Translations under genes and position numbers: made by a program
Shown: positions 51,301-63,400 of the stretch, one piece after another
Position numbering within the stretch: position 1 is the first letter of the stretch
Layout of the letters: every line of letters begins with the position of its first letter
Assembly: GCA_001643675.2 (NCBI GenBank)
Contig: LSRY02000025.1
Coordinates: 1,178,001-1,242,000 of the forward strand
Reading direction: 5' to 3'
DNA: 64,000 bases
DNA from: Monocercomonoides exilis PA203
Taxonomy: Eukaryota > Protista > Preaxostyla
Notes under the pieces: model-generated
What the model was told of the DNA's origin: nothing
What the model saw: the letters and a program-made list of their open reading frames with translations, nothing else
Databases searched by the model: none

Positions 51301-54300
51301 ATCGGGGAGTCTGACGGATTGTTCAGCACAGATAAGGCTGATGGCATATCCAAGATCATTTGCAATTGTCGATGCCAAAGGAGATAGCAGAACTTTGCTT
51401 TGAGACTTCTGCTCGATAAAGTCCTGCAACGATATCTCTTTCATTGGTACTCCATCAATCATTTTCGTGACTTGAGAAGATAGTTCAGCATTCGACGATG
51501 CATCTTCACTCAGGTAAATCTCTAATCCAAGTGAATCCACTGCAACTGAATTTCCAAGATTGGGGGATTTTCCTCTGCCAACCCCACCTCCTCGGCCGCT
51601 CCCTCTGAACGATGAGCCTCCTCTGCCTCTGCCTCCATATGCACCTCTTCCGCGTCCTGACTCTTTCAGCTCTCCTCCAAAGTCCTCGTCTTCGTTGTCA
51701 AGCGAGTCCATAATGAACGAGCTTTCAGAGACTGAATCTGGTGCATGGAGAAGATTGGAGCTGGGTTCATCAACTGAGTTATCGAGGCCAATTTCTTCTT
51801 CTCTTTCGCTTCCTCCGTCGTATTCGTCTTCAGCATCGCCTTCATCGCCTCCATCGCCTCCATCGCCTCCATCATCCAACCCTTCGCTCAGCATTGAACG
51901 CAGGAGATCAACAGGAATCATCATCTGTTTACTCATCTCCTCAAGCTGTTTCGGATCATTGAGTATCTTTTCTTGTTCATTCTCAATCGCTGAAGATCCT
52001 CCTCTTCCTGCATTCTTCTGTTTCGCTTGTTTAGGTTTGCCTCTGCCTGCTTGTTTTATTGGGTCACTTATGAAAAATTCATTTTGGCTATTCGATGAGC
52101 TGTTTCGAAAGAGCTCGTTTATTTCGTCTTCGTTCAGATCTCCAGTAATCACATTGAGCGAATTCTTTGCCTGGGATTCTGCTACTTCAAGTTGAATCTT
52201 TAATTCAGAATCCTTGGTAGGAATATCTCCAAAGTTCATTGAATCGGCAGATGCACCGATTGAGAATTCATCTGATATTTTATCAGGCGTTTCTCTTCCT
52301 TTATGTGCGATTTCTGTTGCCTTAGAACTTAATGTATTGCTTAGTGAAGCAAGTGATGCAGGATATCCGTTCTCGGGTGTGAAATATGTGCTAAATGGCT
52401 TTGTTCTAATCTGTCCAAGAACATTCTTCGCTAAAATGGATGAAACAACAGAAAGTTGTGTTTGACCATCCTTTGATGCACTCGGTTGAATTTCAGTTAA
52501 AACATTCTCAAACAGCTTTGAGAGTGTAGCATTGTAGTCTGATTCTGTGTGAAGAGATTTCATAACATCATCAGCAATCTCAGAAGATGACCTCGAAGCA
52601 GAAAACTTATATTTTGTGCTATTTGAACCAGATGGTGACTGTTCGGCCGAAGTTGCAGAGGAAGATGAGTTCGGTCGTTTGCTTGCAGAAGTTGCATTTG
52701 TCTTTTCAATTGGTGATAGTTTCTTTGAATGTTCTTCGCTTTCTGATTCGTCGCTATCTTCGTCTGATGAATCCTCTTCTGATCCATCTTCTTCAGATCG
52801 TCTACTACATTTCTTTGAATGAGACTCAGCAAAGTAGCACTTAAGAACCTGAGGGAATAAATTCGTGGATGAAAAATTAGCGCTTTCAGCAGATGCTGAT
52901 GTGTCAATTTGTGAAGCTGCGAGAATCCGTTCGAATGAATTCAGTGCCATTGATGAAGATGCCGAAGAGGATGAAGAAACTTTTTCTGCAACAGCTCTGT
53001 GCAGCGCCTTCAAAAATGAGCAGCAACGTAATTTGGAAGATGAAGAAGAAGATGATGGCAACGTAGAACATGTTGCAGAAAATGAATCGTAGTTGAATAA
53101 TCGCCTGTAAATTGGATCTGATTTTTGTGCTTGAGAAAGCGATGGCAAAGCAGAGAGAAACAGATCAGACGCTGACTTAATCAAGCATGAAGGAAGCTTT
53201 TGTTCTGAAAAATGCATCAGAGACAAATCATTTGTATCGATTTTGTTAGCTTCCTCTCGTTTGCGAAGGGTTTGGATCTCTTCCATGTTTGGTGGAAGGA
53301 GAAGAGACGAAGAGGCTGATTCAGATTTTTCTTCTGTTTTGTCTTCTTTCTGTTCGCTTTTAGAAGACGAAGAAGACTTTTTATTAGTCCATGCAACAAG
53401 GAGTTCAGTCAAGCAGGCATCTGGTTCAGAACTCAGCTGAGGATACTTGCTGTCTGTTGCGAATGGCTTGCTTGCTGCAAATGGAGATGATTCATCTTCT
53501 GCAGAACAGACAGCAAACACCTTTTCTGAAAGCATACGCAAAAGTGACAAGGCAGATGAAGTTGTTTTGAGAGTGAATATTATGAGATTGATCAACGGAT
53601 AAATTGGAGGAAGTTGGGCAACATCTGATCCTGTAGTGATTGTGGATGTGTGGATTCCATGTGCAATTGTCGCTATATTCATTGCATCTTCCACTGAAAG
53701 TTCTCCACGTCGATGTTTTGTTGCCACATGAAGATTGATCGATTGAAGATTGGCAGATGGAGCAGGGAATGGGACAAATGGCAACAGATAAGTCGAATTA
53801 AAAGAGGAGACAGTTTGGACATTGTCAACCCAACTGATAGCATCTGGTTGTGAAATAGATGAAACACACAAATATTTTGGTTCTTTGGAACTTTTAAGTG
53901 ATGGCAAATTATTGGCGTTTGATATGGAGGATGGGGCAACTATGCGTGGAAGATTGAGAGGCTCATTCAAGTTGTGCTCCATATGTTTTTGTAAAGACGT
54001 AAACTCAGATGTCTTTGATGAACTTTCCGATGTGCTAGAAGAAAGTAATCCACCCAAAATCTGTGAATGAGGACTTTGTGATGGATAAGGCGATGGACGA
54101 TATACAGAAAGGATGGTAGAAAGTGGAGCTGAATACGATGGAGACATGGAAAGAAGTGGTGATGGAACAGATGAAAAGAGAGGAGATGATTGAGGAACAG
54201 TGAACACATCTCCATTGAACAGTTTGCTCAATGATTCGATCTGTTTAACAGCTGCATTTGTTCTGTCTTTGTCTACAGAGAGTCTTTCATAGTATTCATC

Positions 54301-57300
54301 AATAAGCAAAGATAGCACCTCATTCAATACCCCAATAAGGCCTTGTTTGCCATCAGATGTGTCATTTTCAGTCAAAGAAAGCGATGCCACAAGAGACGCA
54401 CCAACAGCTGATTGGAACTGATTCAAGTGGCTATACGTCTCTTCTTGTGTCTCATTCTTTCCTTCCAGCATGATTGGAAGTTTCTCTGATGAAATAACAG
54501 TCTTTATGGTTCCAAGAAGAATGTGCAGAATTTGACTTTTCACAATTGCTGAGAAGAAGAGTGATGAAGACAATGGATCTGTTGCTTTTGTCTGAAAGAA
54601 GCTTCGCTTTGCCAACAGAGCACAGCAGAAACCGCACAACACCTGTTCCCATTTGACTGATGACGGAGGTGCTGAAAGAGTGCTGGATGCTGACTCATTC
54701 TGTTGCGTCTCACTCAAAATATTCTGAATGTCTAATAATGCGCAAAACATTTCTTTCCATTCGTCTGCCTCCACCTTTTTCCTCCACCACTCCGCATCAC
54801 TCCATCTGGCCTCTTTTTCTTTCTTTTCTTCTTCTTTTTTATGGTCTGCCAAAATGCTTTGGATGGACTGGAGAAGAGCAACAAATTGAAGAGCAATTTG
54901 GGAATGTTGGATAATCACTGCTATTGACTGAGCATCAGAGTTATTACTACTAAGTGAGCAATCAATAGCTGGAGCAAAGAACAGATCGCGTGGGATGGAC
55001 AGAAGAGGAGCAAGGGAATCATTCAAAGTTGATAAGAATGAAGTATCAGTTGCTTCTCTAAATGAAGATGTTGCAGGCATTGAAAGCATCATGTGAGATG
55101 TTTTATTCTTAGACGCATAAACATTTCGTAGCAAGTGTTTTTTCTGTAATTTTTTGACAAAATGAGGAAATGTGGTAAGGAAAGCAAACTCTGATGGATA
55201 CTTTGAAGTTAAGAAGGAAGGAGATTGCAGAACAGATGATGCAAATTCAGCTGGCAGCAAAGAAAGCAAACTTTTTCCAATTGAAGCGCACACAGATTCT
55301 TCTGAATTTATTTGCAATTCTTTCTGATCTGAGAAAACAGCAGACAAGCAATGAGCCAAAATCAGCATCAACTGTGATGATTTTGATAACAGGGCAATTT
55401 TCTTTTGTTCAGCTTCGTCTGCTTTGGATTGTTCACCCTCTTTCGTTGACTGAATGTTGCTTTGTGATGTTGCCTCAACTAACTTCTTATGCGTGCTGCA
55501 GAAAACATCAACTAACTTATTAATAATTAACAGATTGACTGGTTTCTGTTTAAGTGCAGCAAAGCACAGAAATGCCTGTGATAAATGAGTTGTGTGGGTG
55601 AATAATTCTGTTCCTCTCTGCTTGGGAAATTCCAAGGCATCATCTGAATGTTTAGAGAAAATAAGTTGGTTCCAAACAATTTGTGTTTGCAGCGAAGCAA
55701 AATCAAAGTCATTTGTTGTTTCAGAAAGTGCAGTTGAAGATGTAATTTGTTCGTTTCCTCTGTTTGCAAACTGAATCAGGGCAACAGATTGAGTGTGTAT
55801 TAACACTGTCTTTATGATGATATCTGTTATCAGAGGAAGGAATTTGTGTTGCATCAGAGAGCTATCCGAAAGAAGGTCTTTCAAAGAAGAATACTTTTTG
55901 GTAACTGTGCAATTGGAAGATGATGTTGCAGAAGCTTCGCTGTTGACAGAAGAAGAGGCCTCTGATTGTTTGAATTGATTCATATTTAATATATCCAAAA
56001 GAACTTTTTCTAAAACAGATTCTGGAAATGCTGCAACAAATGTGGTCAAACGCGATAGAACAATTTGCAGCAAAGACGACAAAGTGCATCTAGCATCATG
56101 TTTTGAATCCAAATTTTGTTGCAAAAAGTCTTCGGCTTTTTTGTGTTTGTTTTGTGTTTTGTTTTTGGGGTGCTGTTTGTCTTCGTGTTTTGCAGTGTCC
56201 AGTTCTTGTTCGTCAATTGATCCATTTTGAGAAGAGGAAGCTTCTGCTGAAAGAAATGCTGAAACTTCATACAATTTGCACAATGTTGATGTGTAAGCAT
56301 CACACCAATTGTGAGCAATGCTTTCACCAGGTGCTTCAATCTCAAAATGTGCAGAATGAGAAGAACTGCATAAAGAGCTCATATTATCAGAAGCAGATTC
56401 TTTTGAGTTGTCTTGCTTTGTCATATTTATTCCTTTTGTTGAAGAAACAGATTTGCACAAATTTGATGAATATGAGGAAATATTGGCTAATTCTTCGGAT
56501 AGAATGTGTGCTGCATTTTTCTCCATGGATGAAGAGCATTGCACTCCAGACATCCAAATCCACTCAGCCGCTTTAAGAATTTTGCTGGCATTCGTCTCAC
56601 TCCTTGCGCTTCTATCTATTTCACACGCTGATTCAACTCCAGAGCATTCAACAGTGTTTTGTTGAGCATCACGTCTATATCTGAGTTTCAGTAATCCTTC
56701 ACTTATCACTTTGCAGATAATCCAAGTTAGTGAAAGCGAAGGTACTTCTGATTTTATACAATGAAATTGATCAGCTTGTTTTTTGCTTTCCTCTTTATCT
56801 TTTTCCTCATCATTTTGTTGTTTGTTTTCTTTGCTCGAATCATCTGTGCTTTTCTCTTCCTTTGCTTCTTTCTTCTGTTTCTTCTTTGATTCTGCCTCAT
56901 TGTTCTTGTCTGTTCTCAAATGCTGTCTCAGCCCATTTGTTTCCTGAGTCACTAAAATTGGTGTGGCGATGTCTGACAGGGTCTCAATTGCTTTTAAATA
57001 GGTGCCTCTTTTCACAGCATCGAGTGAATCCTGCAGTGAAGAAGATGATGAAGTCATTTTTCCATCTTCCTCAAGCACCAAACTTGTCACTTTTGCAGCA
57101 TATTCTTCTTTTACCTCTTTCAGCTTTGCTGACAAGTCATCATTAGTCTGCTTAGCTCCCGATGAAGATGATTGTTTTTGAGTGTTGGAGGAAGAAAGCA
57201 GAAGACTCAAAGTAGAAACAGGGGTGTGGGGATCTAATTCAGTCAGCAGAGTGATAGATGTTGGAGGAAATGGCGTTAAAAGCATCGTTTTCTCAGATAA

Positions 57301-60193
57301 ACATTGTACAGAAGAAGACGAAGACGAACTTGACTTTGAAACATCATCATCAGACTGTTGGTCATTCAAAGCATTGTCTTTCTTCAGAAGTACAAGCAAT
57401 GAATTCAGCAACTCAAACAAGAGAGGTTCGACATGAGACGCACTCCATTCAGAACAGAGGGCAGAAAATGAACATAATTGAGCTGAATTATTGCTATGTT
57501 GTTGAGAATCCTTTGAAGACGAAGCATTTGAAGCATTTGAGACAATCCCCAAAAGGCACAATAAATACGCCGAATAAAGTGGGGATGAAAGAGGAGAAGA
57601 AGGAATGCTACAACGGAACGACAATGCTGCCAAAACAGACTCAAAATGTTCTCTGAGCACATCATCTGTTTTGAATGAGCTGGCCAATGGCTGTTTTGAT
57701 CTGGCAGTGTTGAGAGTGGTGATGGATGAGAAGAGCACAACCATCAGTGCACCCAGATGCCCAGCAAATGCCTTTTTGGCCTCAGCCACCAAATAGAGTG
57801 AGTTGGTTGATGTGGTTTCGAAAAGATTTGAGGCTGAGTTAGAAGCTGAAGAGGTTCCATTTTGACTGGAAGAAGAAGAATAGGAGGAGGAGGAGGAGGA
57901 AGCAGAAGAAGATGAAGGCGAAAGCGCACAAATTGAAGTAGGAGCAGTCAAATATTCTTGTGCATATGTTGAAAGAGAAACCATCATCTTCGTCAGTTTT
58001 GCATAAAGTTCGTTGAAAAAGTCTTCTGTGACGCTTTCCAAAACATGTGAAGAAGATGAGCAAAGTGAGGATGCAATCGAGATGACGTTTCTGCTGAGTG
58101 AAAGGGATAAATAATTAGACATAATAACGTTTCCCGCTTTCCCATCGTTTTCGCTTTTTTCGGGTTTCTTTTCTTTTTCTTCTTTCTTTTCCTTTTCCTC
58201 TTCTTTTCCTTTCTTTTCCTTCTCTTTCTTTTCAGCTTCTGCTTTCTTCCTCTCTTCCTCCTCCTTTCTGCTTTTCTCAATTGCTTCCTTTTCTCTTTCC
58301 TCTTCTTCTCGCTTCTTTCTCACTTCTTCTTCCTGCATCTGCTGGCTCAATCGGATTGCAAGCGCTAAATCAGCGTCTTCATCTTCTCCGCCTTCTCCAA
58401 AGTATTCGTTGCTCTGATCCCCCAAATCCAAATATTCCTCTGACAGTTGAAAATCTTCTGCTGAATGATCAGGATCCACAGGCAAATGAAAAGGAGCATC
58501 TGATTCATTCACTGGGACAGACTCTGCACCAGTTGATGACTTGGCTGTTTGTGTTGGTTCTGATGGCTTTTCAATCTTTTCTGTTTGTTCTTCTGTTTTA
58601 ACAGTGGAAGCATCTGAGGTTGTGTCTGCTTTGGACTCTGGAGATTTGGTTGTGGTTATGTCATTGCTGGTTGATGACGATGAAGAAGAAGAAGAAGAAG
58701 ATGATGATGATGATGATGATGATGTCTGTGATGTTGCTGCAGATTCTTTGTTCTGAAGACCCAACTCGCTTGCTGACGAGGAGAGGAAGGAACGGGTACA
58801 GTCAATGCACTTCGTCACTTCATCAAGGAGTTTAAACAGAAAACAGTCAGATGAAAAGCTCATTTTCTGTGACGAGCTTTGCGATGAAAGAATTGTTTCT
58901 TCAGAAGTCTCAGTAAAAAATTGTAAAGCAACGTGAGATATCTGCTTTGCAATGGGATCATCTGAAGGAGGCGATGCTGCTGAATTCTGTTCTTTTGCTG
59001 TGCTTTGTTCAAAGTCAAATTCTGATAGATCAGAAAGTATTTGTTCAAAAGGTGTCGTTTTCGTCTCTTTTTCTTCTTTTGCGCTGTTTTCATTCTCTTG
59101 TGATGTTGATGATTGTTTGCTTTCCTCTTCTTTCGAGTCACTCTTTTCATCTGAGGTATTATTTTCGGTATCAATGACTTCATTCAAGCAATCAATAAGA
59201 AGAGAAGGAGGTGTTGATATTCCCTCAGACAAGCTTTTCAAAGCTGATGGATCGGATAGAATATCAAAGGACATGCGAGGACATAGCACATCAACACAGT
59301 TCTTCAGAGATTGAATTTCGTAATTTCTTTCAGCAAATTCTTCACTGATGTTTTCTTTTGTAAGATTTTCACATTCATCTTTTTCTAATTTCAAAGGAGG
59401 CGTTAAAAGAAGAGTTAGAAGTAGCACGATTAAATTTGCCAATTGAACTGCGTTCGGCATGTAATGAATGTCCTCGACTCCTTTTAGTAGAGCGGTCGGA
59501 TGTGTTTTCTCTTTGCCATTCAGAATTGAATAGCAATAATCGCATAACGAAATTATTGAATTCTCTTGTTGCTTGGTCAATGAAACGTTTGAAGACGATA
59601 AAATAATTGAACGCAATAGAATACATAAAATCTTTGTGATGTAAATATTTAATTGGTATGCATCCGTCTCGGAACGTTTGGAAAATAAACTTAAATATGG
59701 AAGAAGTTTTGATACTTCGGATAAGTACTGTAACGCATTGTTTAATGGAATTTCTGCTATCGTTATGTGAGTGGTTAGTTTTTCAAAGAAAAGCTACAAA
59801 ATAAAAAAATGATAGAAATTGTGAAAAATGACAAATACTTAATTGTTGATAAAAAATAAAATAAAATAACTTTAAGCCCTTTTTTGAAGTACTCATAAAT
59901 GTCATTTATAACAACGCCTTTAGTTTTTTCTTCTTTAATTTCCTCTTCATTTGATTTGTCTAAAAATTGTCAAGTTGGGTGAAATAAAAAACACAAATAG
60001 AAACACTTAAAGAATGAATCAATAAACCTTCTTTTTCAACTTGAGGCTTGACCTCATTTTCTTTTGGAGCTTGAGCTGCTGCTTGGCTCTGTTGTTGAGT
60101 CTGTCGATCGGCCTCTTCTTTTTCGGCCAATTGACGGGACATTTCGATAGCTAGAAGAAGGGCTTGATCTTCATCATCCATATGCATTGCCAT
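27328..60193 (-). CDS. UBR4: Giant UBR4/p600/BIG-family E3 ubiquitin ligase, ~10,906 aa; exons 60193-60028, 59959-59871, 59793-27328
   Basis: Ordered UBR4 hallmarks: UBR-box-like FICYSC..LCWRCARKHEGHDI..CADCG, ZZ finger CDSC..RYHCVICTNYDLCEKC, FLDGEPCPIC, CGRC..HGNCIGCYDNALMCKQCRNIN..ICPECGFCRF, CYGCASAF, QADFIPG, IELMVENNIIGLD..VYDKVF, RLQGFDGLATE, and hemiRING CVICREG..FHIVHDGCH..EWEGARLRN..CHGLFP. Two in-phase GT-AG introns connect to the ATG at 60193. Confidence 0.93.
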
Positions 60194-60436
60194 TTAAAAT
60201 ATTATATTAACCTTGGTTGTTTGCAATGTGTGCAAAAACGACCAATGAAGATAAGACTGATCTTGATACCATTTCATTTATGTTTATTATGATAAAATCG
60301 ACAAATGAAACAAATCAAGTTTTTGTTTTTCTTTCAAAACTTATGATGAAATCTGCTATCATTTATCTTTTTCAATTTCTCGGACAACCATATTTAATCT
60401 TTTAAATATTAGTGATATTTTTTACTTAATTTTGAA
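60194..60436. promoter_or_regulatory. Putative bidirectional promoter between UBR4 and the PERK/IRE1-like gene
   Basis: 243-bp AT-rich spacer between two divergent start codons. No specific motif identified. Confidence 0.4.
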
Positions 60437-63400
60437 ATGTACGGTTGGATAATACTTATCCTACTGTCATTTTCGCGGTGCATTACAAAATGTCCAATTA
60501 TATTTGGTACAATGGATGGGACAATATTTGCTCTCGATGAATATACAGGTAAAAAACTTTGGTCCTTCAAAACAGGGGGTCCATTGCTTAATTCATCGGG
60601 TCCGTTAGCAATATACCCATCACTAGATGGATACTTATATCATTTAAAGGATGATGGTAGAATAGAGGTTTTATTTCTTTGATTTTAATTGATAGCGTAT
60701 ATTTTTATTTTATTCATTGTCTTTGTTTAATTATCTTATTTTGTGTTTTTATATTGTATTTAATTGTTTTTAATAATTCATATATGATATTACGATGATT
60801 TTAAATTTTCACGTTTTATGATAAATAGAAATTCCCTCTTAATGTTGTTGATTTTTTAAGTTCTGGACATATGTTTGTCAATGGAGTGCAATATTCCACA
60901 ACAACAAAAACGGATTCGTATGTCCTTCATCCGCAAACTGGACGTCCGTTGGGTTCTTCAAATGGAAAAGGAGATGATGATGATGGAAATATAAATGTTC
61001 TTCTTCAAAGGCAAACTGTAAAGCGTGGAGTTATTGTTTCGAGAACAACTCACACCGTTGAAGCAAAGGAAGTTAAAAGCGGGAAAATCTTGTTTGTTAC
61101 TTTTTGAAAAAATAAATTTTCATACAAAACAAATTGAATTTTTTAGGTGGTCTGTATCTGTTGGGGAATACTCTGGTCCTTCATTCTCAAGGCTAAAAAT
61201 GGAAGATTATTCACAACGTGAAGGCAACACTTTTGGAGGTGGTTCTTTTGCGTCAATGAGAGAGCAATCAAAAATTCCTCCATATATTGTCATAAGTGGA
61301 GATGGAGCTGTTGAAGCATATGTCCGTGAAAATGAAGGAGTAAACGGGGAAAACCAGCTTGTTCCGTTGTGGAGAAAAGTTCTGCCTTCGAGCGCTGTTC
61401 CTTGTGACACCCTTACATTCAGAGATAGGCGGATAGAACATGTTGAGAGGGCCATCAACGAGAGAGTGAAGCCCAGAAAGACTGGAACAGTTCGAATGAA
61501 TGAGAAAGGTGGGTTCAACAGCACAACTGACCAGCCTGCGCATGAGAGAAAAGGAACATACATGCATACGCTTCTTCCTGATTACATTTATGTAACTTTC
61601 TCCAAAAGATCGCTATTTTTCATAAACATTCCTGAGGTGATTGATAACTGTATGCTATTCAAATGATCTTATAATGCATTTTGTTTTTTGTGCTCCATAA
61701 ATTATTTTGTTTATTTATTTGATTTTTTCAATGGTTATCTTTGTTATCTATTTCGTATTCTGATTTAATTTATTTTTTCTTTTCCATAATGCATTCTTGA
61801 ATGCTTAGCGAATGTCTGGTCTGTCTGTCATCGAGGTTCATGGCTGGCAGCAGTCGATGATTTTGTGGAAGAAATTGAAGATGAAGCAGTTGATTCTTCC
61901 TCTTCTTCTTCCTCCTCTTCTGCTGCTGCTGCTGCATCTGCTGAAAAGATGGCCTCTCCAGTTGAATCATTTGCATCTTCGGCAGAAGAAGAATCAGCCA
62001 TTTCATATCAGCAGACAGCGAACGATGTGATGCGAGAGAAAGAAGAGAAATCAGAAAGAAGAAACATTCCACGTCACAAATCACACAAATCCTTTTCACC
62101 AGACTCTTCCACTTCAGATTCTTTTTCCTCCTCATCTTCATCCTCATCCTCCTCTCCTTCTTCTTCTTCCCGTGGTGCATCTGTCGTTGAGCAGCTACCC
62201 CGCTTCGATGTGGAAGATGCCCGTATGTGTCATGCCATTCATGTCTGCGAGGCGATGAAGCTGTTTCCAGCAGGCGAGAGAACAAACCCCTTTTCTTCCT
62301 CTTCAGGCACCCACATCTCCATCAGCGGGAATATTCCCCTTCAATTCGTGTCGTATGTCCTCTCTCTCCGCGCCCCTCAGCGCAACAACACAGTCGTCCC
62401 TTCTGCAGCCATTGCTTATTACTCCAAGATCAGCTCCAATGACACTCTCGAGACAGACACAGATGGACTCCCTGCTCCTTCTACACGAAGTGACAGCGAC
62501 GGCACCAGCGAGGATGATGATGGCAATGACAACAGCCGTCTTCCCCCGCAGCTGCTTGCAGAAGAAGGGCAGAGTGTGTTCTCCTTCCTGGTGCGTGTGT
62601 ATGCTGTCCCTGTCTACGACGTTGCTGCCTTCGAGGCGTGTGCCATGCCTCAGCAGTATTCTCTGCATCTTCTGGCTGAGCAGCCTGATTTGTATGGCCA
62701 GATCGCCCAGCAGGAGCCCAATGACTCCACAAACTCTGTCTCCTATCTGATACAAGCACTGACGGCACTCTACTTCCAGCACTCGATCGTCAACACTAAC
62801 AACTTCAGCGCCTTTGTGCAGTACATTCTGAACAACCCCAACGACATCCCCTCTGACATCCTCATCAAACTCATCCATCTCTACTCTTCTCCTCCTTCTC
62901 CCCCAAACACATCTGCTAATCAGACCGGTCAAAGACCTTCTTCTTCTTCCTCTTCTTCTTCTTCTTCTGATTATGGCGATGCCTCTTCTGATCCTCCTCT
63001 GCCGATCGATTGGGAGTTCCTTTTGAGTCTGCAGAGGAACCGCACACAACAACAGGACGAGAACAACAAGGACAAAAGAGACGGAGGGAATGCCTTTTTA
63101 GACAGCCTGCTGAGTGGGAAATACGACAAAACGCCAAACTCGTCTTCTCTTCCCAATCTGACTGAAGCAACGCCTTCACCTTATCCTCCAGACAGTCGCT
63201 TCAACCACGTGTCAGTCATTCTGATACTTGTCATTGTGGTGTTTGTGGCCTTCTTCACATTCAAAATATCAGCATTGTTCAGAAAGTTGAAGGAGCAGAA
63301 CGAACAGTTCTCTCTTCTGCTGAGGCAGGCCACTCAAAAGGGAATCAACACCACTCAATCAGAAGAGACAGCCTCTGGAACATCTCCTTCCTCTCAGATT

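Noticed and set aside
27448-59626. Dozens of short ORFs overlapping UBR4 on either strand
   Set aside because: Shadow frames of low-complexity coding sequence with no independent motifs.
59960-60193. Separate 77-aa gene
   Set aside because: It splices in phase through two GT-AG introns into the UBR4 ORF.
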